64,000 nucleotides of DNA from an uncultured Chloroflexia bacterium (GTDB lineage Bacteria; Chloroflexota; Dehalococcoidia; GIF9; UBA5629). Each line of letters begins with the position of its first letter. Positions within the stretch are counted from its first letter, which is position 1. The notes beneath the pieces are model-generated. The model had not been told where the DNA came from. It ran no database searches and was given only the letters and a program-made list of their open reading frames with translations. The stretch covers positions 23,959 through 87,958 of the forward strand of contig CAWKFY010000033.1 in assembly GCA_963848815.1 (NCBI GenBank). The letters run 5' to 3'. The translations under genes were made by a program, and so were the position numbers. Shown piece by piece: positions 44,524 through 55,585 of the stretch.

Positions 44524-47052
44524 GTGAAAGATAACATAGAATCCTTCTGGGCCCTGCCTGCAACGGATGTTATGCAGAAGTTGCAGGCCACTCAGGCCGG
44601 ATTATCCGCGGTCGAGGCCTCCTCCAGACTGGCACGATTCGGGCCGAATTCGCTCAAGCCGGCAAAAGGTTTTACCACCCTCTCGCTTTTGCTGGGGCAG
44701 TTCAAGAGCCCCATCATTATTATCCTGCTGTTTGCGACCGTGCTGGCCTTTTTCCTGGGTGATCCGGTGGATGCGGCCATCATCCTCGTTATTATCGTTG
44801 TCAGCGGCCTGCTCGGGTTCTGGCAGGAGAGGGGTGCAACCAATGCCGTAGCCAAACTGCTGGCTATAGTACAAATCAAAACCACGGTAATACGCGACGG
44901 CCAGGCGGTCAGCGTCAGGCTGCAAGATATAGTGCCGGGAGATATAGTATTGTTGAAAGCGGGCGACGTGATCCCGGGGGACTGTCTGGCGCTCGATTCA
45001 AGAGACCTTTATGTGGACGAAGCGGCGCTAACGGGCGAGACTTTTCCGGTGGAAAAGAAAACCGGTGCCCTGCCGGTTGAAACACCTTTAAGCCAGCGCG
45101 TCAATGTCCTTTACACGGGCACGCACGTAGTCAGCGGCACTGCAACAGCGGTAGTGGTTAAAACAGGCCTCGGCACTGAATTCGGAAAGATATCCGATAG
45201 GTTGAAGCTGCGCCCGCCCGAGACCGAGTTCGAACATGGTGTCAGACACTTCGGCTACCTGTTGATGGAGGTGACGCTCGTACTGGTTGTCGCCATTTTC
45301 GCCATAAATGTATTTTTCAAACGTCCGGTGCTGGAAGCTTTCCTGTTTGCCCTGGCGCTGGCAGTGGGCCTCACTCCGCAGTTGCTGCCGGCCATCATAA
45401 GCATCAACCTTTCCCACGGCGCCAGCAGGATGGCGAAGAAAAAGGTCATCGTTAAAAGGCTGTCCTCTATCGAAAACTTCGGCAGCATGAACGTATTATG
45501 TTCCGACAAGACGGGAACGCTGACCGAAGGCACCATCCATCTGCACGGAGCAATCGATATCAGCGGCAAGGATAACGCAAGGGTGCTGGAGTTTGCCTAT
45601 TTGAACTCGATTTTTGAGACGGGTTTCAATAACCCGATCGACGAGGCGATACGCTCGGTACGCAACCAGGATATAGCGGGATATGCCAAGCTGGATGAAG
45701 TGCCCTATGATTTCAACCGTAAACGCCTGACCGTGCTGGTGAGCAAAGCGGGCGTCTCAACCATGATCACCAAAGGAGCGGTGGAGAACGTCCTGGCTGT
45801 CTGCTCAAACGTGGAGAATGTCAAAGGCGACGTTCAGGATATCAAGCCGGCCCTGGACGATTTACAGCGGCGTTACCAGGAGCTGAGCACCACCGGCTAC
45901 AGGACGCTGGGGCTGGCCTATAAACCGGCGGATGGAGTTCAGACCATAAATCAGGAGCAGGAAAAGGATATGACTTTCCTGGGGTTCCTGGTTTTTCACG
46001 ACCCGTTGAAGGAATCCATTGCACAAACGGTGGATGAATTGAAACGGTTGGGGGTGACGTTGAAAATCATAACCGGGGACAACCGTTACGTAGCTGCTCA
46101 TGCCGGCCAACAAGTTGGTTTTCCCGCTTCACGCTTGCTCACGGGACCTGAGATCAGCCGGATGAGCCCAGAGGCACTGATCAGGAAGGTCAACGACATC
46201 GATATATTCGCCCAGATCGAGCCCAGCCAGAAAGAATTTATCGTTACCTCTTTAAAGAAGGCGGGAAATGTAGTCGGATTTATGGGCGACGGGATTAACG
46301 ACGCCTCAGCCCTGCATGCGGCAGATGTCAGCATGTCGGTGGATAGCGCCGTGGACGTGGCCAAGCAGGCTGCGGATATAGTGCTCCTGGAAAAAGACCT
46401 GGGCGTGCTTAAAGACGGCGTACGGGAAGGCAGGGTGACATTCGCCAACACCTTGAAATACGTCTTCATGGCCACGAGCGCCAACTTCGGTAATATGTTC
46501 AGTATGGCCGGAGCTTCGCTTTTAATGTCCTTTCTGCCTTTATTGCCCAAGCAGATACTTCTGACCAACCTGCTTACCGATCTGCCCGAGATGACCATAG
46601 CCAACGACAATGTCGATCCTGAGGCATTGGAAAAGCCCAGAAAGTGGGACCTCAAATTTATCCGCAATTTCATGTTCACCTTCGGCCTTCTCAGTTCCGT
46701 ATTCGATTTTGTGACCTTCGGTGTATTGCTGTTGCTGCTGCATGCCACCCAGGAACAATTCCGCTCAGGCTGGTTTGTGGAGTCGGTGGTATCGGCCGCC
46801 TTAATAGTATTGGTCGTCAGGACGCGCAGGTTTTTCCTTAAGAGCAGGCCGGGAAATGCGCTGCTGGTCACCACCGTGCTTGTGGTCCTGGCAGTGCTTA
46901 TTTTCCCCTATACGGGGTTGGGCGTTTTGTTCGGATTTGCGCCCCTGCCGCCGTACTTCCTGGTGTTCGTGGCTGTGATAGTTATTTTTTATGCAGGATC
47001 GGCGGAGATAGCCAAGAGGATCTTTTACCGCAGGTTCAGTCTGGCCAAATGA
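44524..47052 (+). CDS. mgtA: P-type ATPase, Mg2+-importing (MgtA-like) subtype
   Basis: 'CSDKTGTLT', 'MGDGINDASAL' and 'TGES/TGET'-type motifs, with MgtA-like N-terminus and TM tail. GTG start. Confidence 0.8.
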   Translation: MKDNIESFWALPATDVMQKLQATQAGLSAVEASSRLARFGPNSLKPAKGFTTLSLLLGQFKSPIIIILLFATVLAFFLGDPVDAAIILVIIVVSGLLGFWQERGATNAVAKLLAIVQIKTTVIRDGQAVSVRLQDIVPGDIVLLKAGDVIPGDCLALDSRDLYVDEAALTGETFPVEKKTGALPVETPLSQRVNVLYTGTHVVSGTATAVVVKTGLGTEFGKISDRLKLRPPETEFEHGVRHFGYLLMEVTLVLVVAIFAINVFFKRPVLEAFLFALALAVGLTPQLLPAIISINLSHGASRMAKKKVIVKRLSSIENFGSMNVLCSDKTGTLTEGTIHLHGAIDISGKDNARVLEFAYLNSIFETGFNNPIDEAIRSVRNQDIAGYAKLDEVPYDFNRKRLTVLVSKAGVSTMITKGAVENVLAVCSNVENVKGDVQDIKPALDDLQRRYQELSTTGYRTLGLAYKPADGVQTINQEQEKDMTFLGFLVFHDPLKESIAQTVDELKRLGVTLKIITGDNRYVAAHAGQQVGFPASRLLTGPEISRMSPEALIRKVNDIDIFAQIEPSQKEFIVTSLKKAGNVVGFMGDGINDASALHAADVSMSVDSAVDVAKQAADIVLLEKDLGVLKDGVREGRVTFANTLKYVFMATSANFGNMFSMAGASLLMSFLPLLPKQILLTNLLTDLPEMTIANDNVDPEALEKPRKWDLKFIRNFMFTFGLLSSVFDFVTFGVLLLLLHATQEQFRSGWFVESVVSAALIVLVVRTRRFFLKSRPGNALLVTTVLVVLAVLIFPYTGLGVLFGFAPLPPYFLVFVAVIVIFYAGSAEIAKRIFYRRFSLAK

Positions 47053-47093
47053 TAAGGGAGTCCGGAGGGAAATAGCCCGCTTTTCAGGGGCAA

Positions 47094-50000
47094 TCAGGGC
47101 AGGCTGATATCCAGTTGATCGCTGGTAGAATAGACCTTATATTGCATACCGCCGTGGCGCTTGGAATAGTACATGGCGGCGTCTGACTTGCGCATCAGGG
47201 CATCCATATCCTCGCCGTTGTCGGGATAAATGGCAATGCCGATGCTCGTCGATATGTGAAGTTCAAAGCCGTTTACGCGCAAAGGCTCCTTGCAGGAATC
47301 GATAATTTTCTCAGCTATCAGGATGGCATCCTCGGGATAATGGATCTCTTGAAGCAGCAGCAAGAATTCATCGCCGCCCAAACGGGCAACGGTGTCGCTG
47401 GACCGGAGAATATTCGAGAGCCTCGATCCTGTGGCTTTGAGCAATTGATCCCCGACGGCATGTCCCATGGTATCGTTAACTTCCTTGAAGTGGTCGAGGT
47501 CCAATGACATGATTCCCAGCTTATAGTTGTTGCGGTTGGCCTGGGCCAGGGCCACCTGGAAGCGGTCATTAAGCAGTATCCTGTTGGGCAGTGCGGTCAG
47601 GAAATCGTGGGTGGCCATGTCGGCCAGCCTTTGCTCCAGCAATTTGCGCTCTGTGACATCCCTGCTGACGCAACGAAAACCCACGATCGCACCCTGTTTA
47701 CCTTTCAGCAGCGATATGGAAGCTTCCACGTAGCCGATGCTGCCGTCCTTCCTTACCATACGATGCGAATAACCTTTATTGGCTTCACCCGACCTGAATA
47801 CATTATTATAGGCGGTAAATACCGGGTTTATATCTTCCTCGTAGGTAAGCTGCCGGAAGTTCATCTTGGTGAGTTCTTCGACAGTATAGCCGGTATGGCG
47901 TGTAGTTGCTTCGTTAACGAACGTGAAGTTGCCGGAAAGGTCCACTTCATAATAAGCATCCTCCATCTCTTCCAGTATGGTCCGGTACTTTTCCTCGGAC
48001 AGGCGGAGGGCTGCCTCCAGCATTTTACGTTCGGTCACATCCCGGACGACTGACTTGAAGCCGATAATCTCGCCACGCTGGTTTTTACGTACGTCGACAG
48101 AGCTTTCAACTAATATCGACATGCCATCTTTTACGGCGATCTTATGTGAGAAGGCGTTATTTGGGATACCGCTTTTAAAAACCTGGTTGTAGGCCTGGAA
48201 AACCAGGTCGGTCTCACCGGGTGGTGTAATCAAACGATAGTTCATTCCGATCAGTTGTTCTTTGGGGATGCCCAGAATATTTCCCGCGGCTGTATTGGCA
48301 AATGTGTAGTTGCCCTTCAGGTCTACTTCGTAATAGCCGTCCTGCATCTGCTCGAGCATGGTGCGGTATTTTTCCTCGGAGCTTGAGAGATATTCTTCCA
48401 GTTGGGTGCGCTCGGTGACATCGCGGGCAAAGCAGCTAAAGCCTCTGGCCTTTCCGTCTTCCCTCTTAAGAAGGCGGACCGATGTTTCGATATATTTTAC
48501 TTCGCCGTTCTTGCCAATAAGCCTGTAGGAAAAACCTTTATTGGCCTGCCCGGTTTTGAACACGTCGTTAAACCTTGAATAGATGAAATCCTGCAGTCCC
48601 GGTTCGTCTATCTGGCGGAAATTCTTGCTAAGCAGTTCCTCCGCCGAGTATCCGGTGAAATTGCAGAAGGCATTGTTAACATAGGTGTAACTTCCCTCGA
48701 GGTCGACCTCATAGTACATGTCAGGCATCTGCTCCAGCACGGACCTGTACCTTTCTTCAGAGCGTCTGAGATCGTCTTCCAGCTTTATGCGTTCGGAGAC
48801 ATCGCGGCCCAGGCAGGAGAACCCAATGGGATGGCCCTGCTTGTCCTGCAACAGGCCGATCGATGATTCCCCATATCCTATGGAGCCATCCTTGCGCACG
48901 ATCCTGTGAGAGAAACCTAAATTCGGCTCTCCGGTTTCATATACCTTGTGGAAGGCGGCGAAAACCCTGTCGATCTCGTCTTCAGGTATGGTGCTCCGGT
49001 AGTTCTTGTTATCGAGCTCTCCCTTCTCATAGCCCAGGTTTTGGTAGGTGGCGGCATTAAGAAAGGTAAAGTTGCCGGCCAGGTCGACCTCGTAATACGA
49101 GTCCAGCATGCGCTCCAGCATATTCCGGTAGCGCTCCTCGGATGCAGCCAGCGCCTCCTCGAGGGCCTTGCGCTCAGTTATATCGCGGCCGACGCAGAGA
49201 TAACCGGCAGGTTCACCGCCCGGGCCTTTAAGCAACGAGATGGAAGATTCCAAATAGAAAACCTCGCCATTTTTGCGGGTTGTCTTGGTGACGGTATTGA
49301 TTTTGGGTTTGCCCGTACGCAGGACCTCGATGAATTCCCTATGGCGCGCTGCCCTGGGTTCTTCGGGCATAAACATCTCGGCTTTATTACCGATAAGCTC
49401 CTCACGTTTATAGCCCAGGTCGCGGCATACTCCCTCGTTGACGAAAGTCAAATTACCATCCAGGTCCAGGCCAAAGCAACTATCGTGCATCTGCTCGAGG
49501 ATGGCCCTGTAACGTTCTTCCGAGGCCGCAAGCGCATCCTCCAGCATTTTGCGCTGGGTTATATTGCGCGCAACGCAAAGGAAGCCGTAGGGTTGGCCGT
49601 CCCGGCTTTTCATCAGTGATACGGACTGCTCGGTCCAGCCTATCACCCCATCCTTACGCCTCACCCTGTGTACGAGTCCGATACAGGGCTTGCCTGTCTC
49701 GAAGACCTCCACGTATTTCGGATAGGCCATGGCATGGTCTTCATCAGGGACGACCAGTTTGGTATTATGCCCTAAGAGTTCATCGGCCGAATACTGGATC
49801 TCGCGGCACATGGCTTCGTTAACAAACAGGTAATTGCCCTTTAGATCGATTTCGTAGCAGGCATCCTGCATCTGATCGAGAATGGCCCTGTGCCATTCTT
49901 CCGATTTAGCGAGAGCTTCTTCAAGGACTTTGCGCTGGTTGATGTCCATGAAGCTTCCCATGGCTGCCCGCTGTCCCATATATTCCATGGAGGCAATTCG

Positions 50001-50345
50001 CTCAAGCACCCATACTGCTTCGCCGTTTTTTTTCAAGAACCTGTATTCGTAGGTATTGTCTTTGCTTTTTTTCTTGTTCTTTAATATGCGAATTACCTTT
50101 TTTTGAACCATTTCCCGGTCTTCGGGGTGGACCAGATCGAGACAGGGAGTGCCTGCCAGTTCCTGCATGGTATAGCCGGACAACTCCTCAAAAAACGGAT
50201 TGACATATATGAAATTTTTATCTTGAACTATGTAGATGCCCGCGCCCGTATTATTCAGGAGCGCTTCGATCAGTGACGCCAGCCCGGATAGATCGGACTG
50301 ATAATGTTGTAGCTCTTCTTCCATGGGGTCAGGTTGTACAGACAT
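47094..50345 (-). CDS. Multi-PAS diguanylate cyclase (GGDEF)
   Basis: Seven to eight PAS modules, each preceded by '(S/A)SEE(R/K)YR', then a GGDEF domain with 'RLGGDEFLLLL'. Confidence 0.9.
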   Translation of the reverse strand: MSVQPDPMEEELQHYQSDLSGLASLIEALLNNTGAGIYIVQDKNFIYVNPFFEELSGYTMQELAGTPCLDLVHPEDREMVQKKVIRILKNKKKSKDNTYEYRFLKKNGEAVWVLERIASMEYMGQRAAMGSFMDINQRKVLEEALAKSEEWHRAILDQMQDACYEIDLKGNYLFVNEAMCREIQYSADELLGHNTKLVVPDEDHAMAYPKYVEVFETGKPCIGLVHRVRRKDGVIGWTEQSVSLMKSRDGQPYGFLCVARNITQRKMLEDALAASEERYRAILEQMHDSCFGLDLDGNLTFVNEGVCRDLGYKREELIGNKAEMFMPEEPRAARHREFIEVLRTGKPKINTVTKTTRKNGEVFYLESSISLLKGPGGEPAGYLCVGRDITERKALEEALAASEERYRNMLERMLDSYYEVDLAGNFTFLNAATYQNLGYEKGELDNKNYRSTIPEDEIDRVFAAFHKVYETGEPNLGFSHRIVRKDGSIGYGESSIGLLQDKQGHPIGFSCLGRDVSERIKLEDDLRRSEERYRSVLEQMPDMYYEVDLEGSYTYVNNAFCNFTGYSAEELLSKNFRQIDEPGLQDFIYSRFNDVFKTGQANKGFSYRLIGKNGEVKYIETSVRLLKREDGKARGFSCFARDVTERTQLEEYLSSSEEKYRTMLEQMQDGYYEVDLKGNYTFANTAAGNILGIPKEQLIGMNYRLITPPGETDLVFQAYNQVFKSGIPNNAFSHKIAVKDGMSILVESSVDVRKNQRGEIIGFKSVVRDVTERKMLEAALRLSEEKYRTILEEMEDAYYEVDLSGNFTFVNEATTRHTGYTVEELTKMNFRQLTYEEDINPVFTAYNNVFRSGEANKGYSHRMVRKDGSIGYVEASISLLKGKQGAIVGFRCVSRDVTERKLLEQRLADMATHDFLTALPNRILLNDRFQVALAQANRNNYKLGIMSLDLDHFKEVNDTMGHAVGDQLLKATGSRLSNILRSSDTVARLGGDEFLLLLQEIHYPEDAILIAEKIIDSCKEPLRVNGFELHISTSIGIAIYPDNGEDMDALMRKSDAAMYYSKRHGGMQYKVYSTSDQLDISLP

Positions 50346-50529
50346 GCCCTAATACCTTGTATATACCCCTTATACTAAAAGACCCCTGCTGCGTAAACGA
50401 GAATTAGGTCGCGGCCGATCTTGCGTTTATTTTACCACGCAAGCTAAGATTATACCACAGCCGTCAAGCTAAAACACCATTAAACTATTTTAATGCTGAA
50501 TCCAGATATCCACACAATGGCTACGCGGC

Positions 50530-50736
50530 TCATTTTGCTATCAAACGGGCCAGCAGCGACATGATGAAGTAAAGGTAGAATACAAACGCCAGCAGTATCC
50601 AGGTTACAGGTGTAAACCCGGCCACTGTAATATTGGCAGCCGCTGTAACTATCCCGATCAGCGTCAGGACATCTCCGCACGTACCACATATCCACATCAT
50701 CCAACTTTTTTCCAGCATCTTTAAAAGGAAGGTCAT
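50530..50736 (-). CDS. Small two-TM membrane protein (68 aa)
   Basis: ATG follows AGGAGGAG. Sequence is 'MTFLLKMLEKSWMMWICGTCGDVLTLIGIV...'. The longer overlapping track ORFs are less likely. Confidence 0.5.
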   Translation of the reverse strand: MTFLLKMLEKSWMMWICGTCGDVLTLIGIVTAAANITVAGFTPVTWILLAFVFYLYFIMSLLARLIAK

Positions 50737-50998
50737 TTTCTCCTCCTGTATTGGTTTTAGTGAGTTCCTGTATCCTGAGTTTAATAATGCTAAAGGATGC
50801 CTGTCCAAAAAGCAAGTAAGTGATTACCAACTTATTTGCAAGTGGCACGGTTGATTGGAGCCGCATGTGGCCGGTGAACAGTGATATGTGGGAGGTTGAT
50901 GAACTGAGGCGATGAACGGGCTGTCAACATCCAGAGTAATTAGGGCTATAATTTAATAATGCGCTGAGAGTTGCTATGTTTTTATATAGGAGAATCAC

Positions 50999-52594
50999 AT
51001 GAATCTCGGTACCCTGTCGGAAGAAGGCATCAGGAAATTCGGCGAATACCAAAGCTGCTATTTCGAGGGCCGGTGGTATACCAATGTAGAGTTGAACCGC
51101 ATGTCCAGGCGGCTGGCCAACGGGCTTAAGTCACTGGGTATAGGCAAAGGCGACCGCGTGGTCACTCAGTTGCCCAATTGCGTGGAAATATTTGCCGTGT
51201 TCAGCGCGGTTTTTAAGATCGGGGCGGTGATAGTGCCGATGAACCCCATACTGCGACCCGATCAGATGGCGTATATTTACAAAGACTGCGGCGCCACGCT
51301 TACAGTTACGAGCTCGGATTATCTACCCTGGATAGAAGCGGCGCAGCGGGAAGCGCCGGACCTGAAAAACATAATACTGGTTGACAAAGATATTGAGGGC
51401 ACTATTTTCTTGAAAAGCCTGGTCTCAGACAATTCCGAAGAGCTGAATATATTGGACATGGACAACGATGACCTTGCGGCGCTTATCTATACATCCGGCA
51501 CGACGGGCAACCCCAAAGGGGTTATGCACACGCACTATTCGCTATGGATGAACGCCGTGGCGTTTACGGATTTCCTATTGCAGTCTTCTCCGACCACTCT
51601 TACCAACGTAAAGAGGGCCTTCAACGAAAAAAAATACCGGATGGAGGAAACCAGGGAGATAGTCACCGGCGTTGACCGCGGCACCATGTTCCTGGCTGTA
51701 TTGCCACTTTCACACTCGTACGGGATTTCTTTCATGAATCTGGGTTTCCTGGTCGGCGCCAGGTCGGTCATGCTGAAATGGTGGAATCCGGACGAGGCAC
51801 TCAAGGCGATTCAAGACTTCCGTGTAAATTATCTGGCGCTGGTACCTACCATGTATGTTCAGTTGCTGGACCGGCCCGATTTCGAAAAATATGACATCTC
51901 CTCTCTGAAATACTGCAACTCCGGCGCGGCTGCATTGGACCAGGAAATTGCAACCAGATGGAAAGAGAGGACCGGCATAGCCATTCATGAGGGCTGGGGG
52001 CTCACGGAATCCGGCGCCACAACTGCCGGTAATCCCATGACCAGGGAGCCCAGGATAGGATCGATAGGCGTTAATATGCTCAAATGTAACAGAATGAAAA
52101 TTTTCGACAATGAAGATAAGGAGTTGCCACCCGGTGAAAAGGGTGAAATCGTTATAAGGGGGCCCGCAGTCATGAAAGGCTACTGGAACCTGCCGGATGA
52201 AACGGCGGAGGCGCTTAAAAACGGCTGGCTGCACACCGGTGACGTTGGATATATGGATGAGGATGGATATTTCTTTATTACCGACCGCAAAAAGGACCTA
52301 ATCATCCGCGGAGGAGAGAATATATCGCCCAAAGAAGTCGAAGAGGTTATATGCCGGCATCCCAAGGTGGCGGATGCCGGGTGTGTAGGCGTGAAGGACA
52401 GGGTTTACGGTGAAGAAGTGATGGCCTTCGTCATCCTGAAACAGGATGCGGAGTGCAGCGAGGATGAGATCATACAGCACTGTAAAAAATCTCTGCCGAC
52501 GTTCAAAACGCCTAAGCAAGTGCGCTTTGTAAGATCCCTGCCTAAAAATATACTTGGCAAGCTGCTGCGCACGGAACTGAAGAAAATGAGATAA
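50999..52594 (+). CDS. fadD: Acyl-CoA synthetase / long-chain fatty acid-CoA ligase
   Basis: AMP-binding motif 'IYTSGTTGNPKGVMHTH' and 'GWLHTGDVGYMDEDGYFFITDRKKDLI'. Confidence 0.85.
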   Translation: MNLGTLSEEGIRKFGEYQSCYFEGRWYTNVELNRMSRRLANGLKSLGIGKGDRVVTQLPNCVEIFAVFSAVFKIGAVIVPMNPILRPDQMAYIYKDCGATLTVTSSDYLPWIEAAQREAPDLKNIILVDKDIEGTIFLKSLVSDNSEELNILDMDNDDLAALIYTSGTTGNPKGVMHTHYSLWMNAVAFTDFLLQSSPTTLTNVKRAFNEKKYRMEETREIVTGVDRGTMFLAVLPLSHSYGISFMNLGFLVGARSVMLKWWNPDEALKAIQDFRVNYLALVPTMYVQLLDRPDFEKYDISSLKYCNSGAAALDQEIATRWKERTGIAIHEGWGLTESGATTAGNPMTREPRIGSIGVNMLKCNRMKIFDNEDKELPPGEKGEIVIRGPAVMKGYWNLPDETAEALKNGWLHTGDVGYMDEDGYFFITDRKKDLIIRGGENISPKEVEEVICRHPKVADAGCVGVKDRVYGEEVMAFVILKQDAECSEDEIIQHCKKSLPTFKTPKQVRFVRSLPKNILGKLLRTELKKMR

Positions 52595-52609
52595 AATGGG
52601 ATAAGCGAG

Positions 52610-53404
52610 GTGAATATGCCTTTTCAGCAATGGCTCCTGGTTACCTTTCCCACATGGTTGATAGGCGTGGTCATGCTTGTCGTAGCAATAGGCACGGTCG
52701 TAGGCGGCGTGCTGCTGGTGCATCGCTTTGTAAACGTTAATACGCTCAAAAGCCACCACGACATAGCGGGGCCGATCTTTGCCACCATAGGCGTAGTCTA
52801 TGCAGTCATGCTTTCGTATGTATTGATAATCGTATGGCAACAATTTGATACTACTTCGCGAAATGTGGTCAGGGAAGCCAACCTGTATGCGGACATCTAC
52901 CATGACTGCAATGGCCTGTCGGAGCCGTTCCGGAGCCAGTTTATTGCCGCCAATTCAAAGTACATCGATGATGTCATCGATGACGAATGGAAATTACTGG
53001 CCTTCGGCCAGCGCAGCTTGATAGTGCAGCAGGATGCCGACGATGTATGGAAACTGGCCGGCTCTTTCCAACCCAAAACCGAAGGGGAAAAGATATTCTT
53101 TTCTGAGATACTGTCCAGGATGAATGATGCGGGGGAGATGAGAAGGCAACGCTTACTGGATGCCCAGACGGGCCTCCATCCCATGCTCTGGTTCGTTCTG
53201 CTGTTCGGTGGCATTATAACCGTGGTCTTCGCTTTCTTCTTCGGTTCCGAAAATTTAAAATCTCAGCTTATCATGACCACGCTGCTGGTGGTGCTGATCG
53301 TGCTGATCTTATTTACCATACTAATCATGGATTTTCCCTTCAGCGGGGAAATGGCGGTTTCGTCCGATGCATTCAAGCAGGTATTGCTATATCTGAAACC
53401 CTGA
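52610..53404 (+). CDS. DUF4239-like membrane protein
   Basis: 264 aa with two N-terminal and two C-terminal TM segments around a soluble core. The family name is from memory. Confidence 0.45.
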   Translation: MNMPFQQWLLVTFPTWLIGVVMLVVAIGTVVGGVLLVHRFVNVNTLKSHHDIAGPIFATIGVVYAVMLSYVLIIVWQQFDTTSRNVVREANLYADIYHDCNGLSEPFRSQFIAANSKYIDDVIDDEWKLLAFGQRSLIVQQDADDVWKLAGSFQPKTEGEKIFFSEILSRMNDAGEMRRQRLLDAQTGLHPMLWFVLLFGGIITVVFAFFFGSENLKSQLIMTTLLVVLIVLILFTILIMDFPFSGEMAVSSDAFKQVLLYLKP

Positions 53405-53530
53405 CGGCCCTGCCCTACGTGGTCATGCGACGGAGAAAGCGGCGGCTATTTGCTATCCGCATCGACAACGCATAAAATATTTCGTTGTGCGGCCGGTCGC
53501 CAAGGACGCCGCTCGCAGCGTATTATAATC

Positions 53531-53770
53531 GTGCCAGATAAACAGAGTTCTGCTAAAACCGTAAAAGGGTCTATCGTCATATCCCGTGAGCTCTGCAAGG
53601 GATGTGAGCTCTGCATAAACTTTTGCCCGAAAAAGGTCATATCGCAGTCGGATAAATTGAATGCTGCAGGATATCTCAGCGCGGTGTTCAAGGATAATGG
53701 CGAATGCACGGGCTGTGCCATCTGCGCCATAGTCTGCCCCGAGGTGGCCATCGAGGTGTACCGTGAGTAA
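53531..53770 (+). CDS. korD: 2-oxoacid:ferredoxin oxidoreductase delta subunit (2x[4Fe-4S] ferredoxin)
   Basis: 'CKGCELCINFCP' and 'CTGCAICAIVCP'. The start (GTG at 53531) is uncertain. Confidence 0.7.
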   Translation: MPDKQSSAKTVKGSIVISRELCKGCELCINFCPKKVISQSDKLNAAGYLSAVFKDNGECTGCAICAIVCPEVAIEVYRE

Positions 53771-54830
53771 GGTGCTCATGGACGGCAACAGCGCCATCGG
53801 CGAAGCCGCCATCCGGGCGGGGTGCAGGTGCTATTTTGGCTATCCCATCACGCCCCAAAATGAATTAACTGAATATATGGCCATGCACCTTAGCCGTAAA
53901 AAAGGCTGCTCTTTCGTTCAGGCGGAAAGCGAGCTGGCCGCCATCAACATGGTCTACGGCGCCAGCCTGGTGGGGGCCCGGGCTATGACTTCGTCGTCGA
54001 GTCCCGGCATCAGCCTCAAGCAGGAGGGCATCTCATATCTGGCCGCCTGCGAATTGCCCGCAGTTATCGTAAATATGCAGAGGGGAGGGCCCGGCCTGGG
54101 CAGCATATCCGCGGCTCAGTCCGACTATTTTCAGGCAACCAGGGGAGGCGGCCATGGCGACTATCGTACCATCGTCCTCGGGCCGTCATCAGTCCAGGAA
54201 CTGGCCGACCTGACCATGCGGGCCTTCGACCTGGCCGATAAATATAAAATACCCGTCATCATACTGGGCGACGGCGTACTGGGCCAGATGATGGAGCCGG
54301 TTGAATTCAAAAGGGAAGCACCTGCCGAGCTGCCCGTAAGGGAGAACTCGCTGCGCGGCGCCAAAGGCAGGCCCAGCAAAATAATAAAGACGTTTACCTC
54401 CAACCCGTCGGAGTTGGAGGAAATCAACTGGAGCCTGTTCAGGCGCTATGCGCTTATCAAGAAACAGGAGACGACCTGCGAGACGTTCATGGTTGAGGAT
54501 GCCCGGCTGGTCGTGGTGGCCTATGGCATTGCCGCCAGGATAGCGAAGGGTGCTATAAGGACGGCCCGCGCCGAGGGTCTGAAGATCGGTCTCATCAGGC
54601 CTGTCACCCTGTGGCCTTTCCCCGACGAGCAAGTCAAGGAAGTAGCCAAGAACACCAGACAGTTCCTGGTCTTTGAGATGAACATGGGCCAGATGATAGA
54701 GGACGTTCAACTGGCGCTGGCAGGGCAGGGTGAGGTGGCCTTCTATGGGAGGCCGGGTGGCGTGATACCTGCGCCCAGCGAAGTCACGCGCGTCATTTCC
54801 AGGCTGTATTACCAGAAGGGTTTGAAATAA
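53763..54830 (+). CDS. korA: 2-oxoglutarate/2-oxoacid:ferredoxin oxidoreductase alpha subunit
   Basis: 355 aa with 'GNSAIGEAAIRAGCRCYFGYPITPQNE'. Confidence 0.88.
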   Translation: MSKVLMDGNSAIGEAAIRAGCRCYFGYPITPQNELTEYMAMHLSRKKGCSFVQAESELAAINMVYGASLVGARAMTSSSSPGISLKQEGISYLAACELPAVIVNMQRGGPGLGSISAAQSDYFQATRGGGHGDYRTIVLGPSSVQELADLTMRAFDLADKYKIPVIILGDGVLGQMMEPVEFKREAPAELPVRENSLRGAKGRPSKIIKTFTSNPSELEEINWSLFRRYALIKKQETTCETFMVEDARLVVVAYGIAARIAKGAIRTARAEGLKIGLIRPVTLWPFPDEQVKEVAKNTRQFLVFEMNMGQMIEDVQLALAGQGEVAFYGRPGGVIPAPSEVTRVISRLYYQKGLK

Positions 54831-55585
54831 TGAAGCTGATTTACTCACGTCCCAAGTCATTGAAGAAGGCCGTGTTTCACTATTGTCCCGGCTGCGGGCA
54901 TTCGGTTGCGCACCGGCTGATCTGTGAAGTCATCGATGAGATGGTACTGCAGGAAAGGACCCTCGGAATCCCGCCCCCGGGCTGCTCGGTTTTCGCCTAT
55001 AACTATTTTGATGTGGATATGGCGGAATGCGCACATGGACGTGGCGCGGCGGTGGCGACGGGAGTAAAACGGGCCTATCCGGAAGTGGTCGTCTTCACTT
55101 ATCAGGGTGATGGCGACCTGGCCGCCATAGGCACGGCCGAAACAATCCACGCTGCCAACCGCGGTGAAAATATCACAACTATATTTATTAATAACGCGGT
55201 ATACGGCATGACCGGCGGACAGATGGCGCCGACCACGCTGAAGGGCATGAAAACCACAACCACACCCTACGGGCGCGACCATATACTGGAAGGGCACCCC
55301 ATCAAGATGAGCGAGATACTCTGCCTGCTCGATGGGGTCGCTTATATCGAACGCGTAGCCGTAAATTCTCCCGCCAATATCCGGAAGACTAAAAAGGCCA
55401 TCGCCAAGGCGTTTCAAATGCAACTGGATAATCGTGGGTTTTCCATGGTGGAAATACTTTCACCCTGCCCTACCAACTGGAAAATGAGCCCTGTGCAGGC
55501 CTGGAAGTGGGTCGATGACGAGATGAGCAAAATTTTCCCACTGGGTGTATTCAAGGATGTGACGGAGAAGAAGGATGCTGATTAA
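54830..55585 (+). CDS. korB: 2-oxoacid:ferredoxin oxidoreductase beta subunit (TPP-binding)
   Basis: 'YCPGCGH' and 'GDGDLAAIG'. The start overlaps the korA stop. Confidence 0.9.
   Translation: MKLIYSRPKSLKKAVFHYCPGCGHSVAHRLICEVIDEMVLQERTLGIPPPGCSVFAYNYFDVDMAECAHGRGAAVATGVKRAYPEVVVFTYQGDGDLAAIGTAETIHAANRGENITTIFINNAVYGMTGGQMAPTTLKGMKTTTTPYGRDHILEGHPIKMSEILCLLDGVAYIERVAVNSPANIRKTKKAIAKAFQMQLDNRGFSMVEILSPCPTNWKMSPVQAWKWVDDEMSKIFPLGVFKDVTEKKDAD

Noticed and set aside
47640-49950. Regularly spaced repeats of about 370-380 nt in the GGDEF gene (and of about 750 nt in the HD-GYP gene), considered as a CRISPR-like or satellite array
   Set aside because: The periodicity is protein-coding (PAS modules) within single long intact ORFs. 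The repeats are diverged at the DNA level, with no short identical direct repeats or spacers.
53521-53531. TATAAT at 53524-53529 immediately before the putative korD GTG, considered as evidence for a leaderless transcript
   Set aside because: The spacing (1 nt between the -10 hexamer and the start codon) is incompatible with a TSS at the start codon. The korD start itself is uncertain, so no promoter call is made.
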